This document shows positions 1-9,835 of a stretch of DNA of 64,000 nt, piece after piece; the first letter of the stretch is position 1; each line of letters opens with the position of its first letter. The translations under genes were made by a program, and so were the position numbers. Below the pieces are notes generated by a model. The model made no database searches and was not told where the DNA came from. It was given only the letters and a program-made list of their open reading frames with translations. The stretch covers positions 6,940 to 70,939 of the forward strand of contig JBDTZG010000028.1 of NCBI GenBank assembly GCA_040005235.1, read 5' to 3'. Source of the stretch: Acidobacteriota bacterium. GTDB lineage: Bacteria; Acidobacteriota; Thermoanaerobaculia; Multivoradales; UBA5704.

Positions 1-362
1 CGGCTGCCGGTCCCGGCGAGAAACGAGGGGGCCAAGTCGATCGCCGTCACCTCTTCGACCGCCGGTACGCGCGACAGGCGGGCGGTCGCCCAGCAGGTCC
101 CGGCGCCTAGATCCAGAACCCTACCGTGGACTCTCGGTCCGAGACGGGGATGGGCGAGCAACTGTTCGAGCTGCGGCATGCTCCCCGGCTCGTAGGCCGC
201 GATCACGTTCAGCCAGGGCTCGGCGTGCGGCCCTGGAACCGCTGCCGCCGCGCGATCCGCCGAGCCGTCCTCGTACTGCAGGTACTCGGGATACTCGGGG
301 TCGCGCGGCGTCGGGACGGTGCCGATCTCGACTTCGAGCGCTCCGGTCTGCGGTGGGGTCAT
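1..362 (-). CDS. class I SAM-dependent methyltransferase, N-terminal part only (gene runs off the window edge)
   Basis: ATG at 362. My translation MTPPQTGALEVEIG...RVLDLGAGTCWATARLSRVPAVEEVTAIDL contains SAM-binding motif I (VLDLGAGTC). Absent from the ORF track because it is truncated by the window edge. Confidence 0.6.
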   Translation of the reverse strand, partial: MTPPQTGALEVEIGTVPTPRDPEYPEYLQYEDGSADRAAAAVPGPHAEPWLNVIAAYEPGSMPQLEQLLAHPRLGPRVHGRVLDLGAGTCWATARLSRVPAVEEVTAIDLAPSFLAGTGS

Positions 363-398
363 GGTTCGTTTCTCCAGAACGGGATTCTCGGGGCTGCC

Positions 399-1559
399 TT
401 AGGGGCGCGGTCCCGCCAACCGATCGAGATGTCCGGCCAGCCGGTCCCGAAACCGGGCATATCTGAATTCCCGTTCCCAGCGGATCTTACCGGCTGCGCC
501 CATCCTGCGGCCGATCTCGGGTGACCCCAGCAACTGCGCGAGCGCCGCGGCCAGCTCTTGAACGTCCGAGGGATCGACCAACCGGCCGGTTTCGCCGTCT
601 TCCACCACCTCTGCGGCGGCGGTTCCGCGCACCGCGAGGCAGGGCCGGCCGGAGCGCATCGCCTCCAGGTAAACCAGCCCGAACCCCTCGCCCCGGCTGG
701 GCATCGCGAGCAGCGCCGCCCGCTCGTAGAGCACGGCGAGGGTCGCCTCGGAGACGAAGCCGGTGAAGAACACCCGGTCGGCGACCCCAAGTGCGGCGGC
801 TTTCGCTTCGAGCCGCGCCCGGTCGTCGCCCCCGCCCGCAATCACCAGGCGCGCATCGGCCACCTCGCGCGAGACCGCGGGGAGCGCTTCGAGCAATTCG
901 TCGTGCCCCTTGTAGCGTTCGCTCGCCGCCATCCGGCCGACGATCAGGGCGAACCCTTCGCCCGCCCGCTCGACCCGGGAAAGGTCGACTCCCCCCTCCG
1001 GCGTTCGCTCTTCGAGCGCGAGCGGCAGGATCTCGGCGTTCAACCCCGGATGGATCTCGCGCGCCCGGGCCAGGGTGTAGGCCGAGATCGAAAGCCGGAG
1101 CGCCGCGCCGGCAAGCGCCCGCTGCCGCGCCGGTTCGAGCGGGCGCCAGACCTCGATGCCATAGAGCATGACCAGGTAGGGCGTGCGGAGCGGAGCGGGG
1201 AGCAGCGCCTGGGTGCGGGCGAGGCCGAGCAAGTCGAACAGCAGCGCCGGGCGGCGAGCGGAGAGCTCGGCGCCCCAGGTGGCCGCGGCGAGCCGGCCGA
1301 AGCTCCGCCCGAAGAATCGCTTCCGCCCCGGCAGGCCATTCGGAAAGGTCGCGTTCAGAGCGTCGTCCAGCGCGGAGCCGGGAGAGCCGAGGGCCAGAAA
1401 ATCAGCGCTCACCCCGCGCGCGAGCGCCCATTCCGCCGCGGCACGCGCGATTAGCCGGCCGGCGAGCGCGCGGCCGCCGCCGTCGAGCTCGATCCCGGCG
1501 GAGACGAGCGTCAGGTCGCGCCGTCGGCCGGGCGGGAAGGGGGAGGGGCTCTCGGGCAT
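399..1559 (-). CDS. glycosyltransferase family 4 (GT-B fold)
   Basis: The C-terminal half has the typical GT4 signature (FTGFV...LYERAALLAMPSRGEGFGLVYLEAMRSGRPCLA...ETG). The ORF track starts at 1631, which overlaps divergent cls, so I prefer the ATG at 1559 (MPESPSPF). Confidence 0.8.
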   Translation of the reverse strand: MPESPSPFPPGRRRDLTLVSAGIELDGGGRALAGRLIARAAAEWALARGVSADFLALGSPGSALDDALNATFPNGLPGRKRFFGRSFGRLAAATWGAELSARRPALLFDLLGLARTQALLPAPLRTPYLVMLYGIEVWRPLEPARQRALAGAALRLSISAYTLARAREIHPGLNAEILPLALEERTPEGGVDLSRVERAGEGFALIVGRMAASERYKGHDELLEALPAVSREVADARLVIAGGGDDRARLEAKAAALGVADRVFFTGFVSEATLAVLYERAALLAMPSRGEGFGLVYLEAMRSGRPCLAVRGTAAAEVVEDGETGRLVDPSDVQELAAALAQLLGSPEIGRRMGAAGKIRWEREFRYARFRDRLAGHLDRLAGPRP

Positions 1560-1639
1560 TCTCGGGGGAGGCTGGATCGATCCGGTGGAATCCTCGCAGA
1601 TGGCGCCGGTTCGGGGAAGCCGTGCAATCATTCGGGTCT

Positions 1640-3052
1640 ATGTCCTCGCATTGGATTCTCGCGGTCATGGAGATTCTTTGGGTGTTCGGCATCGGGCTCT
1701 GGATCGTGCTCGAAAAGCGGAGCCCGGTCTCAACACTCGCCTGGGTCTTCGGTATGGCGTTTCTGCCCATTATCGGTTTCGTGGTCTATCTTTTGCTCGG
1801 CCCTCGCCGCATCGAGCGCAAGCGGAAGAAATACCTGACCGCGCGCGCCCTGCGCGGAGATGAGGCCGCGCTACGCCACCTGCCGGCGGTCTCGTCGGAC
1901 GTCATCCGTCAGGTGCGCCTGGCGGCGGCTTCCAGCGCGCCGCTTCACGTCGCGAACGAGCTTCAGATTTTCCAGGACGGTCCCCAGCTGTTCGCCGCGA
2001 TGGACCAGGCGATCGCAGCCGCGCGCCACCACGTCCACCTGGAGTACTACATCTGGGAACCCGATAACCTGGGCCGCGAGCTTCGCGATCGGTTGATCGA
2101 GCGCGCCCGGGCGGGGATCGAGGTCCGGCTGCTGGTCGATGCGCTCGGTTCGCCGCGCGCGGATCGGAAGTTTTTCGAGGAGCTGACCAAGGCCGGCGGC
2201 GAGGTCGCGTTCTTCAACCCGCCCCGCTTCTACCTGCCGAGCTTCCGCTTCCTCAATTTCCGCACCCACCGGAAAATCGTGGTCGTCGACGGCGCGGTCG
2301 CCTTTTCGGGCGGCATGAACGTCTCGGTCACCCACACCTCCGGGTCGTCCGGAGAGGTCGCCTGGCGCGACACCCACCTGCGGCTCGCCGGTCCGGCGGT
2401 CTGGGGGCTGCAGATGGCGTTCCTCGACGACTGGCAGTTCGCGGCCCACTGCTCGCCGCAGGGCGCGGCCTACTTTCCGTGCCTCGCGGTGGGGGAGGGA
2501 CCGAACACCTACGTTCAGGTGGTGGCCTCCGGCCCCGACCGCTCGACCTACCCGATCCACGAGCTGGTGGTCTCTGCGATCTCGGCGGCGGATGAGCGGG
2601 TGTGGATCGTCTCCCCCTACCTGGTCCCCGATGAGGCACTGCTAACCGCGCTCAAAACCGCCGGCCATCGCGGCGTGGATGTCCAAATCCTCGTGCCGTG
2701 CCACGGCGACAGCGGCCTGGTCACCGCCGCCATGCGCTCGTTCTTCGACGAGATGCTCGAAAGCGGCGTCAAACTCTTTGAGTACCTGCCCGGCATGCAC
2801 CACGCGAAGACCCTGATCGTCGATGACGAGCTGGCGATCGTCGGCACCGCCAACCTCGACAACCGGAGCTTCCGGCTGAACTTCGAGGTCGTGGTGGCGA
2901 TCCACGGCGGCGTTCGAACGGAGGAGCTGGCGCTCTCGTTCGAAAACGACCTCAAGAAGGCCCGCCCGATCACCGCGGAGAGCCGGTCGGCCCTGCCGTT
3001 CCCGCGGCGTCTCGCCGAGGCGAGCGCCCGGCTGTTCGCGCCGGTTCTCTGA
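1640..3052 (+). CDS. cls: cardiolipin synthase (PLD superfamily, two HKD motifs)
   Basis: N-terminal TM helices. HKD motifs HRKIVVVDG...GGMN and HHAKTLIVDDELAIVGTANLDNRSF. ATG at 1640; the ORF track starts at GTG 1622. Confidence 0.9.
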   Translation: MSSHWILAVMEILWVFGIGLWIVLEKRSPVSTLAWVFGMAFLPIIGFVVYLLLGPRRIERKRKKYLTARALRGDEAALRHLPAVSSDVIRQVRLAAASSAPLHVANELQIFQDGPQLFAAMDQAIAAARHHVHLEYYIWEPDNLGRELRDRLIERARAGIEVRLLVDALGSPRADRKFFEELTKAGGEVAFFNPPRFYLPSFRFLNFRTHRKIVVVDGAVAFSGGMNVSVTHTSGSSGEVAWRDTHLRLAGPAVWGLQMAFLDDWQFAAHCSPQGAAYFPCLAVGEGPNTYVQVVASGPDRSTYPIHELVVSAISAADERVWIVSPYLVPDEALLTALKTAGHRGVDVQILVPCHGDSGLVTAAMRSFFDEMLESGVKLFEYLPGMHHAKTLIVDDELAIVGTANLDNRSFRLNFEVVVAIHGGVRTEELALSFENDLKKARPITAESRSALPFPRRLAEASARLFAPVL

Positions 3053-3146
3053 GGGAAGCGTTTCCTCACCGATTCCTCACCGAGATTTCGCCCCTGGCGC
3101 CCGAGTGGGGAGTTAGGCTTGCCGCCAACCAACAAGGAGCCGCTCG

Positions 3147-3533
3147 ATGACCCCACCGATTCACATCACCGCCGTGGGCCAGATCGCCTGGTCGGTCAAG
3201 AATCTGGACGCCGCCACCGCGTTCTACCGCGACGTGGTCGGCCTCAAGTTTCTCTTTAGAGCGCCCCCTGGCCTGTCGTTCTTCGACTGCGGCGGCGTGC
3301 GCCTGATGCTTTCGGCCGAAGAGTCGAGCGGCGCCGCGGCGGGCGACACGTTTCTCTATTTTTCCACCGGCGACATCGAAGGGGCGACCGCGGCGCTCGA
3401 AGCGGGAGGGGCGGCGATCGTCCAAAAGCCGCACGCGGTGGCGGACCTGGGCGACCGGGTTCTCTGGCTCGCCGTCTTCCATGACTCCGAGGGGCGGGTG
3501 CAGCACCTGATGAGCGAGGTGCCGAAAGGGTAG
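3147..3533 (+). CDS. VOC/glyoxalase family protein
   Basis: 128 aa with a glyoxalase-like pattern (VGQIAWSVKNLDAATAFYRDVVGL...FHDSEGRV). Confidence 0.7.
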   Translation: MTPPIHITAVGQIAWSVKNLDAATAFYRDVVGLKFLFRAPPGLSFFDCGGVRLMLSAEESSGAAAGDTFLYFSTGDIEGATAALEAGGAAIVQKPHAVADLGDRVLWLAVFHDSEGRVQHLMSEVPKG

Positions 3534-3542
3534 GACCTGGCG

Positions 3543-4349
3543 TTAGCTTGTTTCGGCCCATTCCTTCAGGGAACGCCGGTGGACGGCATGCAGATTGGCG
3601 TTCGTAACGTCCAGCGTCGTCACCTTCGAAAGGTGAAAGCCGGTCGCCAGGAGCGTTTCGATCAGCTCCGCCAGCGGATAGACCGCGGGGTGATACTCGA
3701 TCGCCATCGAATCGATCCGGTCGAGCAGGGCGGGGTCGAGCGAGCGGAGGATCGCGAGCTCGCTCCCTTCGCAGTCGAGCTTGAGCAGCCGGATCCGCTC
3801 CAGGCCGAATTCCTCGATCACCGCGGGGAGCGAGCGGACCCGCACCTCCGTCCGCCCTGTAATCGGCAAAGTCGCGGCCAGCTCGGGATGGAGCGTGCTG
3901 GTCCCGCCGCCCAGGACCGGGCTGATCAGCAGCTCCGCGCGTCCCTCCTGTCCGGAGATCGCCTCAGGGAAAGTGCGCACCCGGTCCGCCAGGCCGTTGG
4001 CGGCGACGTTCTGCACCATCAGCTCGTAGACCTGCGGAGCGGGCTCGAAGGCGTAGACCCGCGCCCCGTGGTAGGCGAACCAGCAGGCCGCGAAACCGTG
4101 GTTCGCGCCCACGTCCAGCACCACGTCGCCAGGGCGCAAAGGGGCGGTTTCGATGTCGTAGACCCGCGAGTGGCAGATCTCGCCCAGCATCCGGTCCGCC
4201 CCGCGGAGGCACCGGAAGTGCAGCCCCGTGCGCCGGTCGATGACGGTGACCATCTCTCGGCCGAGGGCGCGTTGCGCGAGCAGGCTGAACGGCCGGCGAT
4301 AGTTGTGGACCGCCTTGGCGATGCGATACAGGCGGGCCGGGAGGCTCAT
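3543..4349 (-). CDS. FkbM family methyltransferase
   Basis: VVLDVGANHGFAACWFA...VYAFEP...GGTSTL pattern. Start trimmed to ATG 4349 (MSLPARLY), which forms an ATGA overlap with the upstream gene's stop. Confidence 0.8.
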   Translation of the reverse strand: MSLPARLYRIAKAVHNYRRPFSLLAQRALGREMVTVIDRRTGLHFRCLRGADRMLGEICHSRVYDIETAPLRPGDVVLDVGANHGFAACWFAYHGARVYAFEPAPQVYELMVQNVAANGLADRVRTFPEAISGQEGRAELLISPVLGGGTSTLHPELAATLPITGRTEVRVRSLPAVIEEFGLERIRLLKLDCEGSELAILRSLDPALLDRIDSMAIEYHPAVYPLAELIETLLATGFHLSKVTTLDVTNANLHAVHRRSLKEWAETS

Positions 4350-5596
4350 GAAAGGTCGGCGTCCGCCGCGAACAGATCCGCGAGCAGCACCACCCGGCGG
4401 GCGAGCGAGGTGAGATCGAGGAACTCTTCTCGCGTGTGCATACCGCCGCCCACCGGGCCGAGGCCGTCGAGGACCGGGACGCGGCCGGGGTCGGGGAGAA
4501 AGTTGGGAAACGAGATCCCGCCGCGGTCGTCCTCGACTTCGAGCGTCCAGCCGCGGGAGGCGGCGAGGGCGACCGCCCGGTCGCACCAGGAGCGCTGCGG
4601 GCCATGCGGATCGACCGGTGGCACGGTGTGGCCGATCGCCAGATCGAGGACGGTCCCCGTCTCCTCACCGATCTTCGTCGCGAGCGCCGCCAGATCCTCC
4701 GCGATCTTCTCTCCCTCCGCGGTGCGTAGAAAGCGAAACTCCCCCTCGGCGATCGCATGCTCGGGGACGACGTTCAAGCGCGACTCGGTGCCCAGCAGGG
4801 CGGCGTTGGCCGCCGGATCGGAGACGAATCCTGCATCGCCCGCGATCAGGCGGCCGACGTTGATCGTCGGACCTCCCCCGGGCGCCGAAAGAGCCTCGGC
4901 CTCGGCGCACCAGCGGGCCGCGGCGATCAGAGCCGAGTGCCCCTGCCAGTAGTGGAGCCCCGAGTGGGCGGGGGTGCCCGTGGCGGCGAGGCGCCAGTTG
5001 CGCATGCCACGCCGGCCGGCGACCATCGTCTCCGACCCCTCTCGCGGCTCACCCGGTTCGAGCACCCAGACCGCCCGCGCCGAGGCGCCCCAGCGGGCGG
5101 TCGCTTCGCGCGACAGCACGCCCCCCACTTCCTCGTCCGGCACCACGACCAAATGGATGTCGGCCGGCGGAGCGATGCCGCGCCGGGCGAGCAGGTCGAG
5201 CGCGCCGATCAGGGTCGCCAAGCCCCCCTTCATGTCGATCGCGCCGGTCGCGAGCAAGCGACCGTCCTGGCGCACGGGAGGAATCGCGGAGAGCACCGTA
5301 TCCATGTGGCCAAGCAGCAGCAGGCAGGGGGCGTCGTTTCGCGCCGCCGCGGGGCCGCGGGCGTGGAGCACCGGCAGCGTCGTCTCGCCCACCTGCCGCG
5401 GCTCGATCTCGACCGCCAGCCCGCGCGCTTCGAGCGCCTCGCGGAGGAACGCGGCGACCCGCTCCAGCCCCTGCTGATCGACGCTCGGCGAAGAAAGCGC
5501 CGCAAGCTCGGTGAGGAAGGCGAGGGTGGAGGCGAACAGGTCCGGCGGCAACAGCGGGTCGACGGTTTTGTCGGTCGGATCGGCCAGATCGGTCAT
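4346..5596 (-). CDS. M20 family metallopeptidase (carboxypeptidase G2/ArgE-like)
   Basis: LLLGHMDTV and AIDMKGGLA motifs. Start trimmed to ATG 5596 (MTDLADPTDK). Confidence 0.8.
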   Translation of the reverse strand: MTDLADPTDKTVDPLLPPDLFASTLAFLTELAALSSPSVDQQGLERVAAFLREALEARGLAVEIEPRQVGETTLPVLHARGPAAARNDAPCLLLLGHMDTVLSAIPPVRQDGRLLATGAIDMKGGLATLIGALDLLARRGIAPPADIHLVVVPDEEVGGVLSREATARWGASARAVWVLEPGEPREGSETMVAGRRGMRNWRLAATGTPAHSGLHYWQGHSALIAAARWCAEAEALSAPGGGPTINVGRLIAGDAGFVSDPAANAALLGTESRLNVVPEHAIAEGEFRFLRTAEGEKIAEDLAALATKIGEETGTVLDLAIGHTVPPVDPHGPQRSWCDRAVALAASRGWTLEVEDDRGGISFPNFLPDPGRVPVLDGLGPVGGGMHTREEFLDLTSLARRVVLLADLFAADADLS

Positions 5597-5600
5597 GGGG

Positions 5601-6356
5601 CTAGCGTATCGCGCCCCGGCCCTCGAACGCCCCGGTGGCGAGCACCTGGCGCCAGAGGCGACGCCAGGCGAACCAGGTGTGGCCGCCATGCGTGTGGAGC
5701 ACGCGATCGGGAGGCAGCAGCGAGGCGAGCAGGCGGTGCCCCCGGCGCAGACGGTCGGAATCGCCGAATCCAAGCAGCAGCGGAGGGCGCTCTGCTCCCG
5801 GGGTCTCAAACCCTTGGAACCACACCCAGAGCCGCCGCAGATCGCGCGGCTCGGGTGGAGCCGCGGGATGCCATTTGCGCGGGCCGCCGGCTTTCTCGAT
5901 CTCGTCCAAAATCGGATCGTCGCCCAGGTAGGGGGAAAGGAGGACCAACCCTTCTACCTCCCCGGGTCGGTCGCAGGCGTAGAGCGACGCGCCCAAACCG
6001 CCGAGCGAGATCCCGACGAGCCAGATCTTCTCGACCCCGCGGGCGCGGGCCGGCGCGATCACGTCCTGATGGAGACGCTCGACGATCGAGCCGTCGGCGA
6101 AATAACCGAAATGGCTTTCGACCGCGATCACCTCGCACGGAGATCCGCTGTCGCGGAACGCTTTCAGGAAGCCGCCCTTGTGGAAGAAGTCTTCTTTATG
6201 GTCGCCGAGACCGGGCAGGAAGACGACCAGGCATCGGCCGCCCGGCGCGCCGGGCAGGTCGGCGGTGGGGATTGGCACGGTGGTCGGCCCCGGTCGCGGT
6301 GGGCAGCCGGCGAGGATCAGCGCGGCGAGCAATCCCCAGATCGTTCGTAGGCTCAC
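5601..6356 (-). CDS. alpha/beta hydrolase lipoprotein (esterase-like)
   Basis: GTG 6356 gives VSLRTIWGLLAALILAGC, a lipobox (LAGC). Nucleophile elbow GISLGG. GTGA overlap with the upstream gene's stop. Confidence 0.7.
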   Translation of the reverse strand: MSLRTIWGLLAALILAGCPPRPGPTTVPIPTADLPGAPGGRCLVVFLPGLGDHKEDFFHKGGFLKAFRDSGSPCEVIAVESHFGYFADGSIVERLHQDVIAPARARGVEKIWLVGISLGGLGASLYACDRPGEVEGLVLLSPYLGDDPILDEIEKAGGPRKWHPAAPPEPRDLRRLWVWFQGFETPGAERPPLLLGFGDSDRLRRGHRLLASLLPPDRVLHTHGGHTWFAWRRLWRQVLATGAFEGRGAIR

Positions 6357-7762
6357 GGTCGTTCCTTTTCCGGCAAGACGTCCGGCCACCAGCCGCCCGG
6401 TTGGTTGAGCGGCAGAGGGCAGCGATCGACGATGTGCAGCTCGTGGAGCATTCTGTGGTCGGAGCGGAGCGCCAGATCCAACCCTTTCCGCCCGGCGCAG
6501 CGGTAATGGGTGGCGCCGAACGTCTGGGCGACCAGGAGCAACAGGGCGACCGGCGCCGCGACCCGGAGCGCCAGCTGGACCCGCTGTGCATGCCGGGTCC
6601 GGAGGAGCGAATTCAGCCACAAAAGCGGCGGCAGCACCGCGGCGTGGAGGATCACCAGCCCCTGCCAGTTCATCACCGTGGTCGGCGCTCCGCAGTAGAC
6701 GACCACGGCGGCGAGAAACGTCCACGCCGCGTACTCTTCGAGAAAGCGGCGGCCGCTCTTGCGAAGCACCGCGGGCGGCACCCGCCGACGCCAGCCGCGC
6801 CGGACGATCTTTTTGCCCAGGCGGAGATTCGCGATCAGCACCGCAATCATCGTCAACGCGCCGAGCGCGCCGAGCCCCTGGGCGAGCGGTGTCAGCCACG
6901 CGTCCATTCCGGGACCGAAATCGGGGGTGAAATCAAACACCGCCATCTTCCCGCCGATCGACAAGCTCGCATGGCGCAGCCAGTAGAGCAACCCGCGCAG
7001 CAGGGGGAAGACATAAATCAGCCCGCGGAACAGGAACCCCTGGTTCGCAGCGGAGATCTCCGGATGGGCCCCGAGGGCAAGAACCCAGGGGACGAGCGGC
7101 AGGGCTCCGAGAGCGATCCCGAGCACCACCCCCGGCCAGTGCGGTCGAAACGCGCGACGCAGCCAGAGCAGGCCGACAGAGCCGAGCAACAGCAGCGCCG
7201 AGGGGTGGATCTGAAACGACAGGACAATGCTTGCCGCGAGCACCAGCGACGCGAAGAACGAAGCCTTCTCGCGCTGGCGCCGGATCGACCACAGGTGGAG
7301 CGCGCCGAACAGGAACAGGTAGTTCGGATTCCACAAGAAAGCCGAGTGGTAGAGCCGCCACGGGTTCAGCCAATAGAGCAGGGCGAAAGGCAGGCGGGCG
7401 CGCGACCCCAGATCGCGATGGACGATCCGGTCGAGCAGCGCGTAGGCGGCGACGTGGAACAGCAGAATCAAGACGGTCGGCGCTCGGTGGTCGCGCCAAA
7501 GGTAGAGCGGCAGGGCGACCAGCAGGGTGGTGAATCCGCCCGCGGCATTGCCGCCGCTCGACAGCGGATTGCCGAACGGGATGAAGACCTGATCGACCAC
7601 CAGCAGCCAGCCGCGGGCGAGCAGATTTAGCTGGTCCCCTCCGACCTGACTGCGGAGCAACATAGCGATCGAGATCGCGAGCCCGGACAGAAAGCTAGCC
7701 GCGAGCAGCGCGCGTTCCCGTGGGGTCGTTTCCTGCCGAGGAGATGCTGCTTCGCGCGCCAT
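6353..7762 (-). CDS. polytopic membrane protein, GT-C-like glycosyltransferase (ArnT/PMT-like)
   Basis: ATG 7762 (MAREAASPRQ). More than 10 hydrophobic segments along 469 aa. The upstream 280 aa of the track ORF is Arg-rich read-through and was rejected. Confidence 0.55.
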   Translation of the reverse strand: MAREAASPRQETTPRERALLAASFLSGLAISIAMLLRSQVGGDQLNLLARGWLLVVDQVFIPFGNPLSSGGNAAGGFTTLLVALPLYLWRDHRAPTVLILLFHVAAYALLDRIVHRDLGSRARLPFALLYWLNPWRLYHSAFLWNPNYLFLFGALHLWSIRRQREKASFFASLVLAASIVLSFQIHPSALLLLGSVGLLWLRRAFRPHWPGVVLGIALGALPLVPWVLALGAHPEISAANQGFLFRGLIYVFPLLRGLLYWLRHASLSIGGKMAVFDFTPDFGPGMDAWLTPLAQGLGALGALTMIAVLIANLRLGKKIVRRGWRRRVPPAVLRKSGRRFLEEYAAWTFLAAVVVYCGAPTTVMNWQGLVILHAAVLPPLLWLNSLLRTRHAQRVQLALRVAAPVALLLLVAQTFGATHYRCAGRKGLDLALRSDHRMLHELHIVDRCPLPLNQPGGWWPDVLPEKERP

Positions 7763-7846
7763 GCCCGCCGAGGATAGCGCAGGCACTCGGAAGGGCACCG
7801 GACGCACAGGAGAGAGCCCCGGCGCCACGATAAGATCGAGGTAGCC

Positions 7847-9835
7847 GTGGAAAAACTCCGCCGACTCCTGCCGGGCTTCCTCGGCCTCGCGCTCTACGCC
7901 CTGCTGGCGACGCTTTTCCTCCGTCCGATCTGGCGGGTCTATTCCGATCACATCGCCCCTGGCCCGGGCGATCCGATTCTCAATATCTACTTCTTGAAGT
8001 GGGGGATGCATCAGATCGGGCTTGGTCTGCCGAACGTCTGGGATGCGAACTTCTTCTTTCCTATGAAGGGCACGCTCACGCTTTCGGACCATCTGCTCGG
8101 TCCGGCGCTCCAGCTGTTTCTGCTCCGGCCGCTCGTCCCGAGCGCGATCGTCGGTTACAACCTGTTGCTCTGGAGCTCGTTCGTGCTCACCGGAGCCTCG
8201 ACCGCCTGGGTGCTTCGGCAGACGGGCTGCTCGCGGCCGGCCGCGTTCCTGGGCGGCGCGCTGTTCGCGTTTTGCCCCTACCGCTGGAGTCAGCTCTGGC
8301 ACCTCCAGGTGTTGCTGATGCAATGGCTGCCGCTCACGCTCTGGAGCTTCGACCGGCTGCTCGCCGAACGGACGCCGCGCCGGGCGGGTCTGTTTCTGCT
8401 TTTTTACCTGCTCCACGTGACCGGCGGGGCCTATCTTGCCTACATGGTCCACGTTCCGCTCGCGGCGCTGCTGCTGGTGCGGCTCGCTCGCCCAACCGAA
8501 CGGCGCGAGTTGTTTTCGCCCCGCTCGCTGCGAATCCTGGGTGTCACGGCCGTCGCGGCGCTGCTGATGATCGGCGCGATCTTCGCCCCTTACGTGCGCT
8601 TTTCCCACGCCAACAAGCTCGAACGAAACGTGACCGACGTCGTGAGTGTCGGCGGCGCTTTCGCGAGCTATCTCTCGCCCGCGATGGGGGCCACGTACTT
8701 CGACGGCGGAACCAAGTATCTGCTGCGCAGGCGGGCTCCGAGCCTCGAAGGGGCGCTCACGCGGAATGAAAATTCACTCTTCCCCGGCTTCCTGGCCCTC
8801 GGATTCGGGCTCGCCGCGCTCCTGGCGGTGCGGGGTCGCCCGGCCGGGGAAATCCCCTGGTGGCGCCGACAGCCTCCTTCGGCGTGGACCGCGGCGGGGC
8901 TCTTGGCTGCCGCGGTCGCGGCTCTGGCGATCGGGGACCACCTTACCCTCCGCGGTCCCGGGTACGGCCCGCTTCCCGCGGAGGGTGTCTGGTGGGGCGT
9001 CGGGCTGGCCGCGTTGGCGGGGCTTGCCGGAGCGCTCTGGGTGCGGCATCGCGCGGGTGCTCCTCCTCTGCTCGATCGCTCCCGGCTGCCCCCCGAAACC
9101 GCCGACTGGTGGCTCGGCCTGGCGCTCGGCGGAGGGGTTTCGCTCCTCCTCTCGCTGCCGGCCATCTACATCCCGGCGATGCGCCTTCTGCCCGGGCTTT
9201 CCGGCATGCGGGTCTCCGCCCGGTTCGGCCTTTTCGTGGTCTTCACGCTCGCCGCCTTTGCCGCGCGCGGGGTCGATGCGGCGGCCGTCCAAATCTCGGC
9301 GGCGATCGGGAGCCAGAAAGCAAAACGACTCGCGCTTGGGGCGTTCGGGGTGCTGATCGCGATGGTCGCTTGCTTCGAGCTCGGCCCCAACGGCGTCCGC
9401 TGGATGCGGGTGCTCAAAGAGGCCGAGTTTCCTCCGGTCTACGGCTGGCTCGCGAACCGGCCCGAAGTGTTGGCGGTCGCCGAGATCCCGATGTTTGCGA
9501 CCCCGTCCGAGACCTCGTACATGTATTACTCGACCGCCCATTGGAAGCCGCTCGCGAACGGTTTTTCAGGCTACGACCCGCCGATCCATCGAGAGCTTGC
9601 GGCGCAGTTACGCACGGTACCGAGCCCCGCCGGCTTGGAACGGTTGCGCCAGTTGGGGGTCACTCACCTGGTGGTCCACGCGGGCAATCGCCGGGCGCAT
9701 CTCACCGAGGCGGATCTCGACCTTTGGACGATGCGCATGAACGGCGAGGTCGAGCGCGTGTTTTCGGCGCCGCCGGATTTCGTCTACGCGATCAAGCTCC
9801 CGAGCGACAGGAAGCCGAACCTCGCCGGTTGGTGA
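7847..9835 (+). CDS. large polytopic membrane protein, GT-C/YfhO-like (putative glycosyl- or mannosyltransferase)
   Basis: 662 aa with many TM segments and a soluble C-terminal domain. Divergent from the 6353-7762 gene. Confidence 0.5.
   Translation: MEKLRRLLPGFLGLALYALLATLFLRPIWRVYSDHIAPGPGDPILNIYFLKWGMHQIGLGLPNVWDANFFFPMKGTLTLSDHLLGPALQLFLLRPLVPSAIVGYNLLLWSSFVLTGASTAWVLRQTGCSRPAAFLGGALFAFCPYRWSQLWHLQVLLMQWLPLTLWSFDRLLAERTPRRAGLFLLFYLLHVTGGAYLAYMVHVPLAALLLVRLARPTERRELFSPRSLRILGVTAVAALLMIGAIFAPYVRFSHANKLERNVTDVVSVGGAFASYLSPAMGATYFDGGTKYLLRRRAPSLEGALTRNENSLFPGFLALGFGLAALLAVRGRPAGEIPWWRRQPPSAWTAAGLLAAAVAALAIGDHLTLRGPGYGPLPAEGVWWGVGLAALAGLAGALWVRHRAGAPPLLDRSRLPPETADWWLGLALGGGVSLLLSLPAIYIPAMRLLPGLSGMRVSARFGLFVVFTLAAFAARGVDAAAVQISAAIGSQKAKRLALGAFGVLIAMVACFELGPNGVRWMRVLKEAEFPPVYGWLANRPEVLAVAEIPMFATPSETSYMYYSTAHWKPLANGFSGYDPPIHRELAAQLRTVPSPAGLERLRQLGVTHLVVHAGNRRAHLTEADLDLWTMRMNGEVERVFSAPPDFVYAIKLPSDRKPNLAGW

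Noticed and set aside
4757-7630. 957-aa plus-strand ORF
   Set aside because: It is Arg/Gly/Pro-rich low-complexity translation antisense to four well-supported minus-strand genes. This is a typical high-GC shadow ORF.
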